From: Eledone cirrhosa
Taxonomy: Eukaryota
NCBI GenBank assembly: GCA_964016885.1
Contig: OZ024742.1
Location: 9,362,001-9,426,000, forward strand
DNA length: 64,000 nt
Reading direction: 5' to 3'
A model generated the notes under the pieces. The model ran no database searches. It was not told the DNA's origin and saw only the letters and a program-made list of their open reading frames with translations. The position numbers and the translations under genes were made by a program. Positions 48,650 to 61,505 of the stretch are shown in pieces. Position 1 is the first letter of the stretch. The number at the start of each line of letters is the position of its first letter.

Positions 48650-50620
48650 AAGCAACCTATAACATTTTATTATCCCTATGCCTGAGGCAGGCCCTGTTTG
48701 TTCCTACTAAGGAACTATTCAAACTATCAGAGAAACCTCCCAATCTCGCTTGCCAAATCAACTTTGTAAAACGTTGCCTCAAAAACAATCTAATACCCAC
48801 GCAAGTACTTACACTTACCAACATGCTTCTACTTACCAAACCTCAGGCAGCCACTAGACTACTTACGCACATTCTGCATCAAGAAAATCATTCAACACTT
48901 ACACTACCAATTCCACCAACATATACAAAAAATCTACGACACACTTCCAGAACTAACTATAACCCCAGAGTCACTACTCCAGAAAACAACCACTGCAATA
49001 AATTGATGGTGTCACAACGGCTTCAATCTCGAGAAGAAACGCCTGAAATGAAAATCCCTATGGCTTTGCAAGAAACATCACCGGAACAACACTTCTTCAC
49101 ACTCCAACAACAGATACAGTCAAGAAACTACCAACGCTGTGGTCACCAACACTTCAGACAATACCACAACTCTTGTTACAATCTTGACACACGAAGAACT
49201 TAAACTCCTCAGTCTTGGCCCAAAATTCATATTAACTCAGCGTCTAGACGACAAGATGAAACTAAATCGTGAAGTCAGCTTTTGCCGAGCTGCCTACCAA
49301 CTCAAATGGCTCTCGGTAATAAACATTACTACTGCGATGAACTACAGTAAATTTCCTATATACCACTTATACCACCCACTCTCTCCACTGCCTATCAACC
49401 GAGAGCTTGACCTCAAACTCTCTCTAGACTTAAGGAGTCTATTTTTAGCATATTACTGAAACATAAGAAGGTGTTCCCTAACCTCTCCAGGACAACAACA
49501 CCTCATTCTAAACAGGCGAGAAAAGCACCTCGTATACCTCCCTTCCGACAAAGGAAAATAATTCTGCATCATCTCGAGGGACACATACGACAGCTTGGCA
49601 TATTAGCACTTTAACAACGGTGAACTATATACAGAAGTGACAGACATAACTGCATCCCAGATTGAATATCACATCAACACCAACCGGACAGATATGTGCA
49701 GACGTAGACAACTTCGCAACAAATTTAAAAACAACGTCACCACCAGAAACAGCGGACTACCAACGTTCTACGACCTCATTAAAACCCACAGTTAATCTGC
49801 AGTGTTAATCTGCAGATTAGACCAATTGTCTCTACAGAATCTCCTGGTTCCTCTCCCAGATCCTCAAGCCTATACTTGCTACCTTTCCTGTACATGTCAG
49901 CAGCTCCGGCGAAGTCATACAAAGACTACATCATCTACAACCTAATCAACTTAAACTCAACATATATGACTTTAGTCTCGACGTTGTCTCCCTCTACACG
50001 ACAGTACCAGCTCATCCAGTGGTCAACCTTGTGGCTGACTGCATCATTTCATACAACATATACTGCTTTGATCTCACTCCACAAGACATACATTGCTTTT
50101 ACCCGTCATCGTAGGAAATACACATTCCAATGTTAACCACCACACAAACAAACAACAGGCCTACCCATGAGATCCAGTCTTTCAGACCTTCTAGCCATCA
50201 CCTATATGAGCCAACTAGAATGTCGAGCGCTGAACACCTGCCGCTCTTGTATTTTTTTCACCCGATACATTGATGATATACTTATCCTCACATCATCCCA
50301 TGAAGAGGCCGACATAATATCTACGTCATTTTCAAACACAGATAACAACATACAATGTACCAATGAACACCCCGATACAAAATGGTTCCTTGTTTCTGTT
50401 AGACTTCCAACTTAGAGTAACAGAAGAAGGTGCTATATACACCAACTTCTATAGGAAAGCTGCAGCAGAGACCTGTGTGTGCATTATAGATCAGCTCTTC
50501 CCCTTGGTATTAAAACCGGATACATAAGAAATGAACTTACGTGTATCCGGAATAAATGTAGCAAGACAGAGAACCAGATTACTCACACTGCACACTTCAT
50601 AGATGTACTGAAGACTTGGT
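48650..50620 (+). pseudogene. Decayed Penelope-like element RT of a different lineage; no endonuclease seen
   Basis: Ordered motifs across frames: INFVKRCLKNNLIP, LLSLGPKF, YLPSDKG, FYDLIKTH, RPIVS, SLDVVSLYTTVP, GLPMRSSLS..LA..YM, RYIDDIL, FYRK, HYRSALP. Confidence 0.8.
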
Positions 50621-50804
50621 AAGCTATTTAGAATGCTGGTATAACCACATTACTTCCCTCCGAAGAAGAGATATTATCTCGAAAATTAAGGATATTTAAA
50701 TAAATTTAAGGTAAAAGACTAATTGTCAACAATATCTTTTGCATTTGCATTCTTTATTCTATGTCCATACCTGCATTGTTTTGGCTTTACAAATACAAAC
50801 GTTT

Positions 50805-51067
<263 letters not shown>

Positions 51068-51068
51068 C

Positions 51069-51279
51069 TGAGTTTTTCGAATATTAATAATAATATTCGA
51101 TTCGTAATTTTTAAGGCCATGTCAGTGGAATGAGCCCTTCTTCTTGCTCCTGTGTTATATACATGCCAACACATGAGCAGGAATGAGGGGCTTATTCTAC
51201 TGGCATGCCTTTAAAAATTAGGCTTGTTTGCATAATTGCAAACGAATCGAATGTTATTATTAGTATTCGAAAAACTCTC
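51069..51279. repeat. Foldback (near-palindromic) element
   Basis: gagtttttcgaatattaataataatattcgattcgt / acgaatcgaatgttattattagtattcgaaaaactc; inner arms catgtcagtggaatgagccc / gggcttattctactggcatg. Confidence 0.85.
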
Positions 51280-51425
51280 ATTACATTTATTGTATTCACC
51301 CATATAGAGCGAAACATTTTTTTTAAAATTATATATATATATATATATAGGAGTATATATATATATATATATACTAATATATATATATGATAAAGAACAC
51401 AAGAGCGTCTACAACATCAAAAGAT

Positions 51426-51485
51426 TTTTATTGGCTTACAATGTTTCTTCCTTACGTAACCGTAGGATTCGTCAGAGCTATAAAA
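51426..51485 (-). ncRNA. Minimal hammerhead ribozyme motif
   Basis: Minus strand: ttttatagct-CTGACGA-atcctacg(gtta)cgtaaggaa-GAAA-cattg-TA^-agccaataaaa. Confidence 0.75.
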
Positions 51486-52676
51486 GGGGTTTGATTGGTG
51501 TTATGGACTCTACCAACCAAATATTCAAGAACAAAGTGTAAAGTGAGTAAAGAGCAAAAGTAGGGGACGATAAGTCTAATTTTGGTGCCGGAGGGCGGGG
51601 TGTGGGTCCTTGTTTACTAGCTGCGGTCATATTCATTCCCGGGAGTCGAGTGGTTAGCTGAACCATAGATGGGGTGGCGTCGATAGTATGGTGCAGAGGG
51701 TGTGCAGAGGCTACACAAACACAAAGGGCGTACAATATATATATATATAACGGAGGAGAAGGTACATGAGGTAATTAGAAATGGAAAAAGAGTAATAATA
51801 ATAATCTATAATTAATAATGTATAATAAGGCATGGGGAAGATTACACTATAATAAGGTATAAAAGTAAGAATAAGGTAAAATATAAAGGAGGATAAAAGT
51901 GGAAATAATAAAGATAAAAAAATATATATATATATGTAAAAAAATATATAGAGAATATATAAAGAAATATAAGCGAATATTTGGAGGGGAAAACCGATTT
52001 TTTCAAATAAAAATAAAAATATTATAATTATGGGGGGAGAAAACGGGATAGAGAAATATGATCAAATGTGATTAGTTGAGAGAATATAAGATGATAATAG
52101 TTATGTCAAGTTTATACATCTTAATAATAAATAATCTGTGTATCAGAGTTACAGAACCTTCAATTCACTTACAGGTTCAAGTCACGTGGCATAGTCCATT
52201 GTTTATCTGTGCGGTCATGCGCGTTTGCTTTTGACACCACAGCAGATGCACAAGTTTGTAAATTCCAATGCAGATAGAAATCTATTTTTGCTCACCCGGA
52301 CATTGACGGAGGATCCAATATTCCTAGTTCAATATGTGTGTGGTGTTATTTTGGTCGCACAAATCAATCACTTGGTTAAATATTATAGAGTATGGTTTTC
52401 TGGTCTTCGTAACAGTGTCAGTGGTTGTATATCTCGAAATCACAAGGATCACAGTACTCCGGTTTGGTGTGATTATAGGTCATCCAGCTATGTTGTTGGT
52501 GGTTGGATTCAATTCTATTAGCCCGAACGTTGAACTTTGGTGTCGATAGAACATTAACAAGGCAGGGTGAGATCGCATCTGTGGTACAAAACGGTACGCA
52601 AGGAAATTCTTCGTCTTCGTTTCATCCGGGTCCAGCAGTCACGTGCAAGAACCGCTACGTAGTAATTGTGGGGTTA

Positions 52677-53005
52677 ATCGGTCAAGTCAGCAACTGACCG
52701 AAAATTCTCTTAGGAATTCAGACAGGCATGACAGGCACATTTAGGTCAGCAGCATCTTTATGTGTACGTGTGTCCGACACACATAGACACACATTTATAT
52801 GTATTTCAACTCAAAAAACTCAATTGATTCACCCACTGGTACTACAATCGGTCAAGACAGCAACTGGCCGAAAATTCCCTTAGGAATTCAGACAGGCATG
52901 ACAGGTACATTTAGGTCAGCAGCTTCTTTATGTGTACGTGTGTCCGATACACACAGACACATATCCATATGTATTTCAACTCAAAAAATTCAGTTGATTC
53001 GCCTA
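52677..53005. repeat. Two-copy tandem duplication, period 170 bp
   Basis: atcggtcaag(t/a)cagcaactg...ttcaactcaaaaaa starts at both 52677 and 52847. Confidence 0.9.
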
Positions 53006-53739
53006 TTGATATTATATCTGTGTTGCTCAGATGTGCATGTTGTGGTGTTCTGGTCGTGCATAGCATTCACTGTGTTTTGCCATTACCTTGGAATGTGATG
53101 TTATGGTCATCAATAGTCCGGCAAGCGCATTTCTCTCTTATATTGCGGAGAATGGTGTTCTGGTCCTCAGTAAACATTTGGGTCAGCAGGAGGGGTGGCG
53201 GTTCTCAGTTTCAACTTCGACAATACATATGTGTTACTCTGCATATCGTGCTCCTCTCAAAGAAGAGTATTATAGGAGGAATTCGTGCCACACACCACAT
53301 ATAGAGAGGATTTCTACAGAAAAGTATACATACATATACACATATATAGACACATCATACACTCACACATACACATACACACACATACGCATACATACAT
53401 ATATTCACATACATGTCACATATACACATACACACAATATAATACGCATGCATACAATATACATATATATATATATATACAATATACATGCATACAATGC
53501 ACGCACACATGCATGCATGCACACACGCACGCACACACACATACATATGTCTGTGTGTGTGTGTGTGTGAGAGAGAAAAGGAGAATACACACACACACAC
53601 ACACATACACACACATACACACACACGCAAAAACACCAACCTTGTAGGGGACTGTACCACCCTTAGGGTACCTATCTATCTGGGTTACGGGTTTGGGGGA
53701 GGGAGAGAGCTATAGTCTAGGTGGGGGTTGCGTGATATA

Positions 53740-56206
53740 TGTTACGTCTATGTGCTAGATTTAAAATAGAAGAAGGAACTCAGGATTTTGTGTTGGCAAG
53801 AGGAGAAAATTTCCGATTTCCTGTTAAGCAGGTTCAGTTTAGAGTGTATTATGGCATGGCATTCCAGTAAACACAGGTCACAACTTCCGCTCTGCGGTCG
53901 GTATGACGTGGATCTAGTAAGCTTCCTCCATAAAAGTTTGTATGGGGTACTATTATTTTTTTAAAAGGAGATGTATACCGCCAGTGAGGTGGCATTCTTA
54001 TGTCTATCGTGTCTAAATGTGTACATATGCGCGTTAAATCTAGTTTTAAATGTATTGGACGTTGCTCCTACATATGTTTTGGTAGAGTTGTGTGTGGTTA
54101 CGTCACATGCATATACGATGTTTTTCATGAGGCAATCCCCCCTTAGGGGACAATTACTACTCCGCCTACAATTGCAACTGCGGGTTCGATTAGTTAGCGT
54201 ACCTCCCGAAGTTTGGTTACTAGCATTATCACTAGGTGCCTCTATATCATTAGATGGCTCATTGATGCTATTATGTTGCCCATTTTCTAGTGTAGTCGGT
54301 TGCTGGTGGTTAACTGCCATTTTAATTGCTTCGAAACCTTCCCTAGTTTTCCTAATGTTCGAGCGTGCTAGGTGTGATGCGAGGTTAGGTGTGGTCGAAT
54401 AGGATAATTTAATTACGTTTTTGTTAATTATGTTGCGATATCTATTGCCTGGTGGGAATTTTTTTCCAATAATGAGAAGAATACTCTGGGGAGGTTAATG
54501 AGGACCTCAGAGTTAAAAGGTAGGTTAAAATACATGTTTTTCCTTCTTCTATTTTTCTTATCTGTGGGGTGAGTCTCGCAACTGTGCGTACTATTTTGTA
54601 GGGTTCCGTTATTAACGTTAGTGGCGTTGTCTGTTTTACTTAAGCCCGGATGGTTTATATTCATGGCGTGATCATTTACTGTTTTAGAGTTGTGGTGAGG
54701 GACTCTAGTATTGTCTTTACGTGGTTTACATTTAACTGGGTTACCGCCATTAGGGTTCTTACTATTATTCTTGCCTCTAAGTTGGTTAGGCTTTGTGGCC
54801 ATACTATGTGTCATTATGTTGGTAGGTTTCACACTCATGGTTTGGGAGTCCTTATGTATATATGATAATCTACTCCCGTAACCAGATTCTGCTAGGGCCT
54901 TGTCATAATACTCTGCATTGGAGTTGAAGATACTCTCATTACAGGACAGTCTGCTAATTCTATTAGAGACCCCTTGGGAATAGCGTTTAGGACTGATTTG
55001 GGGTGGTTAGAGCTGGCGTTTACATATGTTAGTCTATCGTTAGGTTTATGGTAGGGTGCAAATGTTTTACTTTCTAGGTCAAGGGTGGCGTCTAGGAAGT
55101 TTACTGTTTTATCATTTGCATCTATGGTAATACTTAGATTAAAGTTTTTAAAGAACCTACGTAACTGTTTCCTAGTTCTTTCTATATTGCACTTTTTATA
55201 CTCGAGAGTGAGGAGGGCGTCATCACGGTATAAGCCGCCCTTCAAGTGCGGTAATGTCTCATGTAACTCCTTTAATAGGTACAATCCTACTAGGTCCGTT
55301 ACTTGTGCAGAGTCACTAGATCCCATTGTGATGTCGAAGTTATTGGGCGTATTCTTGCGGGTCCACAATTCATCCTCAAATGTGATTATCGTTTTCCGGG
55401 CCGCAAGAATGACATCAATTTGAGACCTAGTGAGGTCACTTTTCTGCATGGCCATGATTAGGGCCTTATTAAGGAGTATGGGGGAGATTGAGGTGTAGTA
55501 CGCATCGATGTCGAATTGTATAAATTTAAGGAATATATGGTTGCTAAGGCTTGAGAACCATTTCAAAACCTCTTCCGTATTCTCCCATAGCTCTAGATAT
55601 ATTTTCCTCCTGATGGTGGGTATAACGCCGTCTAAAATTTTCTTACTGATAATTCCTATATCCGACTTCGATGGGCTAATTAATCTAACAGAGGGTTTAC
55701 TAATGAAGTCAGCCTTATGGTCTTAAAGGGTGAACCTGGGTTGCCTAGGAGTATATGGTTGGGTATACTTTTCCAGACCTAGTTTATCCACTATGGCGCA
55801 TGCTTCCTTATTAATTTCATCTAAGTTTGCGCTTGTTGTCTTTTTATAGTTTCTATTTATTTCATTGTATATAAACCTACGATACGTATCATAATTTAAG
55901 CTATAAATATTTCTGGTTTTATCCGAGGTGACCAGGATATCTCTTTTATCGTTAAAGTCCTTAACTAAGGTTTCCAGTTTCATCCGGAATTTGTTGCTAT
56001 TCCCATGGGGGATTTTAAACTTAATATTCCTTACTAGTGATAGGAGGTCATTCTCAAATCCATCTAGCATGGAGTTATGGGGCGGGCTCCTATAGGTTTT
56101 AAAACCGAATTTGTTATTGGGGGACACCGTGGTTGATTTCTTATTTCTCTTATCGAAGTGGAAAGTGCGCCATCTAATACGCTTAACGAAGGAGTTGACA
56201 CTAGCT

Positions 56207-56208
<2 letters not shown>
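53740..56208 (-). pseudogene. Penelope-like RT + GIY-YIG endonuclease, disrupted
   Basis: [80 protein letters not shown] (CxCx5C), IVYAC...YVGAT...FKTRFNAH. Confidence 0.9.
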
Positions 56209-56300
<92 letters not shown>

Positions 56301-56338
56301 TAATATATATAATATATATATACATATATATATATATA

Positions 56339-56369
<31 letters not shown>

Positions 56370-56393
56370 ATATATATAATATATATATACATA

Positions 56394-56464
<71 letters not shown>

Positions 56465-56481
56465 TAATATATATATACATA

Positions 56482-56569
<88 letters not shown>

Positions 56570-56582
56570 GTATATATATACA
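56207..56582. repeat. Long interrupted (TA)n array
   Basis: Read directly from the sequence. Confidence 0.95.
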
Positions 56583-56632
56583 TATTGTTTTACTTTGGGA
56601 GGGTCATGTTGCTAGTATATATATATACATAG

Positions 56633-56664
<32 letters not shown>

Positions 56665-56830
56665 ATATACATATATATTTATATACATATATATATAAAT
56701 AATACATATATACACATATATATATATATATATATATGTATATACATAGTATGTATATATATATTACATACATGTATATACATGTATATACATCCATGTA
56801 TTAACATTTAACATTTAATATTCTACCATA

Positions 56831-56996
56831 GGTGGATTGGCAGTATCGGTAGAGATTCGGACGCCATGCTTTGAAGCATAGAGTTACGCCCGTTTATGAT
56901 CTGAGTTCAAATCCCGCCGATGTTAACTTTGCCTTTCATCCTTACGGGGTCGATAAAATAATACACTGGCCTTGTGCCGAAAGGAGAAACAATTAT
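56831..56996 (+). mobile_element. tRNA-derived SINE inserted in a half-copy of the 11200 foldback element
   Basis: ggattggcagtatcgg...gagttcaaatcccgcc...ctttgcctttcatccttacggggtcgataaaata...ggccttgtgccgaaaggagaaacaatt; the flanks match 11461-11610. Confidence 0.85.
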
Positions 56997-57124
56997 AATA
57001 TCATTATAATTTTAAAGGATTGTAAATAAAAAGTGTAAATCAGACAAAGTTGGAATTCCTTTTGTTAATATAATCTTCTATACACAATCATACACACCCG
57101 TGTATATTTATATATATATATATT

Positions 57125-57176
<52 letters not shown>

Positions 57177-57496
57177 GTAAGGTGCATTATTGGTTGTGTA
57201 AAATGGTCCACTAACTTTATTGGCAATATTAAGTTCTCCATGCTTTTGTATATCTCCAATTCCATTCGAGGGAACAGCTAGATGATGTAAAATGGAGTAT
57301 AAGTATCAAAATGAAAATCCGAAGGCAAGGTAAAATTCCAATCATTTAATCACGACACATGTTTCAATAAGAGATAGATCGATTGTGAAGCCATGATCGA
57401 TTATCACTGATCTCATCGGGTGAAAATGAATTGTCTTCAAATACCTAATGAGGGAGAAAAAATAACGATGTTCTCTCACAGATATATATATCTCAC

Positions 57497-57590
<94 letters not shown>

Positions 57591-57598
57591 ATGTGTGT

Positions 57599-57643
<45 letters not shown>

Positions 57644-57648
57644 TGTGT

Positions 57649-57697
<49 letters not shown>

Positions 57698-57959
57698 CAT
57701 CCGTAAATTTCAGTCAGTAATACCAAAGGTAAGATGACTTTCAGTATTAAGACCTCATCCTAATCATATCTATGTAAACCGACCCAAACACCACTATATA
57801 TTCACAGATTTTCTTTTCATTGACCGCTAGATGGCGCTTCAGTAAGATATAGCGGATTCAATTTGTGTATAGGATCTATCCAGGTGTGTAAATGTAGACG
57901 TTATGTCTGCCAACTATAAATATTCTGATCTTATTACCTGTATATCGTTTATCGTTGGT

Positions 57960-60585
57960 GTTGTTGGTTTGTGGTTGTGGTAGAACACTGCGTGGTTATG
58001 GTGGTGGTGGTAGAAAATTGTGTGGTTATGGTGGTGGTGGTGGTGATGGTGGATGGTGGAGGTGGTGGTCGAATACTGTGTGGTTATGGTGGTGGTGATG
58101 GTGGTGGTGATGGTGGAGGTGGTGGTGGTAGAATACTGTGTGGTTATGGTGGTGGTGGAGGTGGTGGTGGATGGTGGAGGTGGTGGTCGAATACTGTGTA
58201 TTATGGTGGTGGTGGTGGTGGTGGTGGTGGTGGTAGAATACTGTGTGGTTATGGTGGTGGTGGTGGTGGTGGTGGTGGTGATGGTAGAATACTGTGTATT
58301 ATGGTGGTGGTGGTGGTGGTGGTGGTGGTGGTAGAATACTGTGTGGTTATGGTGGTGGTGGTGGTGGTGGTGATGGTAGAATACTGTGTATTATGGTGGT
58401 GGTGGTGGTGGTAGAATACTGTGTGGTTATGGTGGTGGTGGTGGTGGTGGTGATGGTAGAATACTGTGTGGTTATGGTGGTGGTGGTGGTGGTGGTGATG
58501 GTAGAATACTGTGTGGTTATGGTGGTGGTGGTGGTGGTGATGGTAGAATACTGTGTATTATGGTGGTGGTGGTGGTGGTAGAATACTGTGTGGTTATGGT
58601 GGTGGTGGTGGTGGTGATGGTAGAATACTGTGTATTATGGTGGTGGTGGTGGTGGTAGAATACTGTGTGGTTATGGTGGTGGTGGTGGTGGTGGTGATGG
58701 TAGAATACTGTGTATTATGGTGGTGGTGGTGGTGGTGGTGGTGGTGGTAGAATACTGTGTGGTTATGGTGGTGGTGGTGGTGGTGGTGGTGGTGGTAGAA
58801 TACTGTGTGGTTATGGTGGTGGTGGTGGTGGTGATGGTAGAATACTGTGTATTATGGTGGTGGTGGTGGTGGTAGAATACTGTGTGGTTATGGTGGTGGT
58901 GGTGGTGGTGATGGTAGAATACTGTGTATTATGGTGGTGGTGGTGGTGGTAGAATACTGTGTGGTTATGGTGGTGGTGGTGGTGGTGATGGTAGAATACT
59001 GTGTATTATGGTGGTGGTGGTGGTGGTAGAATACTGTGTGGTTATGGTGGTGGTGGTGGTGGTGATGGTAGAATACTGTGTATTATGGTGGTGGTGGTGG
59101 TGGTGGTGGTGGTGGTAGAATACTGTGTGGTTATGGTGGTGGTGGTGGTGGTGATGGTAGAATACTGTGTATTATGGTGGTGGTGGTGGTGGTGGTGGTG
59201 GTGGTAGAATACTGTGTATTATGGTGGTGGTGGTGGTGGTGGTGGTGGTGGTAGAATACTGTGTGGTTATGGTGGTGGTGGTGGTGGTGATGGTAGAATA
59301 CTGTGTATTATGGTGGTGGTGGTGGTGGTGGTGGTGGTGGTAGAATACTGTGTGGTTATGGTGGTGGTGGTGGTGGTGGTGATGGTAGAATACTGTGTAT
59401 TATGGTGGTGGTGGTGGTGGTGGTGGTGGTGGTGGTGGTGGTGGTGGTGGTAGAATACTGTGTGGTTATGGTGGTGGTGGTGGTGGTGGTGATGGTAGAA
59501 TACTGTGTGGTTATGGTGGTGGTGGTGGTGGTGGTGGTGGTGGTGGTGGTGGTGATGGTAGAATACTGTGTATTATGGTGGTGGTGGTGGTGGTGGTGGT
59601 GGTAGAATACTGTGTGGTTATGGTGGTGGTGGAGGTGGTAGTGGTGGTGGATGGTGGATGGTGGTGGTGGTGGTGGTGGTGGTGGTAGAATACTGTGTGA
59701 TTATGGTGGTGGTGGAGGTGGTAGTGGTGGTGGATGGTGGATGGTGGTGGTGGTGGTGGTGGTGGTGGTAGAATACTGTGTGGTTATGGTGGTGGTGGTG
59801 GTGGTGGTGGTGGTGGTGGTGGTGGTGATGGTAGAATACTGTGTGGTTATGGTGGTGGTGGTGGTGGTGGTGGTGGTGGTGGTGGTGGTGATGGTAGAAT
59901 ACTGTGTATTATGGTGGTGGTGGTGGTGGTGGTGGTGGTAGAATACTGTGTGGTTATGGTGGTGGTGGTGGTGGTGGTGGTGGTAGAATACTGTGTGATT
60001 ATGGTGGTGGTGGTGGTGGTGGTGATGGTAGAATACTGTGTGGTTATGGTGGTGGTGGTGGTGGTGGTGGTGGTGGTGATGGTAGAATACTGTGTGGTTA
60101 TGGTGGTGGTGGTGGTGGTGGTGATGGTAGAATACTGTGTGGTTATGGTGGTGGTGGTGGTGGTGGTGGTGGTGGTGGTGGTGGTGATGGTAGAATACTG
60201 TGTATTATGGTGGTGGTGGTGGTGGTGGTGGTGGTGGTAGAATACTGTGTGGTTATGGTGGTGGTGGAGGTGGTAGTGGTGGTGGATGGTGGATGGTGGT
60301 GGTGGTGGTGGTGGTGGTGGTAGAATACTGTGTGATTATGGTGGTGGTGGAGGTGGTAGTGGTGGTGGATGGTGGATGGTCGTGGTGGTGGTGGTGGTGG
60401 TGGTAGAATACTGTGTGGTTATGGTGGTGGTGGAGGTGGTAGTGGTGGTGGATGGTGGATGGTGGTGGTGGTGGTGGTGGTGGTGGTAGAATACTGTGTG
60501 GTTATGGCAGTGGTGCTGGTGGTAGTGGTGGTGGATGGTGGATGGTGGTGGTGGTGGTGGTGGTGGTAGACTACTGTGTGTTTAT
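57960..60585. repeat. Compound satellite: AGAATACTGTGT(GG/A)TTAT cores separated by variable (GGT)n
   Basis: Dozens of near-invariant 17/18-nt cores with (GGT)n linkers. Confidence 0.97.
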
Positions 60586-60746
60586 GATCCATTGTTTCTT
60601 GTTTTTAATTTTATATTTCCATCTATATTTTTAGTTTGAGAGTGAGACACCATAATTAGATGAGATACACTGGAATTGATTTAGGGGAAACTGTAGTTGC
60701 GTTTGGGTTAATGACCTGATTTTAAATAAAACTCTAATTATTTAGG

Positions 60747-60812
<66 letters not shown>

Positions 60813-60844
60813 CGTGTGTGTGTGTGCGTATCTATGTATATGTC

Positions 60845-60885
<41 letters not shown>

Positions 60886-60898
60886 CTATGTATATGTC

Positions 60899-60951
<53 letters not shown>

Positions 60952-61114
60952 CTATGTATATGTCTATATATATATATATATATATAATTTCTATTTTACC
61001 TGAAATTTACTATTTATTGAACTGTTGTTACATTTTGTTACTGATTTCTGGTTTTATAGTAATTAACCTATCATTCGGTGGTTTTTATGTACAAACACAG
61101 TAAATACAGCAATA

Positions 61115-61505
61115 TGGTGGCAGGTTTGGTAGAGCATCCGAAAACATACTTTGTGTCGTAGAGTTACGATTTTTTAGGTTCTGAGTTCAAATCCACTGAA
61201 AGTTAGCTTTGCCTTTCGTCTTTATGGGGGTTCGGTAAAATAAAGTACCAGCAAAGCTCTTTGGTCGATATTATCGACTTTCTCCGCCCCCACCAAATTG
61301 TTGGCCTTTTGCCTAAATCTGAACCCCACTATCAGTAGAGAGTCGGACGCCCTGCTTTGAAGCAAGAGTTACGCCCCTTTATGATCTGAGTTCAAATCCC
61401 GCCGATGTTAACTTTGCCTTTTATCCTTACGGGGTCGATAAAATAAAGTACCAGTAATGTACTGGGTAATTTTTGGCCTTGTGCATAAATCTGAGTCCAT
61501 TATTA
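61115..61505 (+). mobile_element. Two tandem copies of the common SINE, followed by more diverged copies to ~61950
   Basis: ctgagttcaaatcc at ~61181 and ~61386, each followed by the core and a ggcctt(t/g)tgc tail. Confidence 0.8.

Larger units (their letters stand above)
51388..56208 (-). mobile_element. Second Hydra-clade-like Penelope element, decayed, with probable insertions in its 3' region
   Basis: RT-GIY-YIG remnants at 53740-56208, a hammerhead on the same strand near 51430, and (TA)n at both ends. That 51388-53740 belongs to the same element is inferred. Confidence 0.65.

Noticed and set aside
50607-50695. Possible hammerhead after the third Penelope RT (CTGAAGA / CCGAAGA...gagat-atctc-GAAA)
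   Set aside because: I could not build a consistent stem I/III and cleavage triplet.
57971-60569. Gly/Tyr-rich structural protein (GGGGRILCGYGGG)
   Set aside because: The 17-nt core variants shift the frame repeatedly, codon use is uniformly GGT, and there is no signal peptide or exon boundary.
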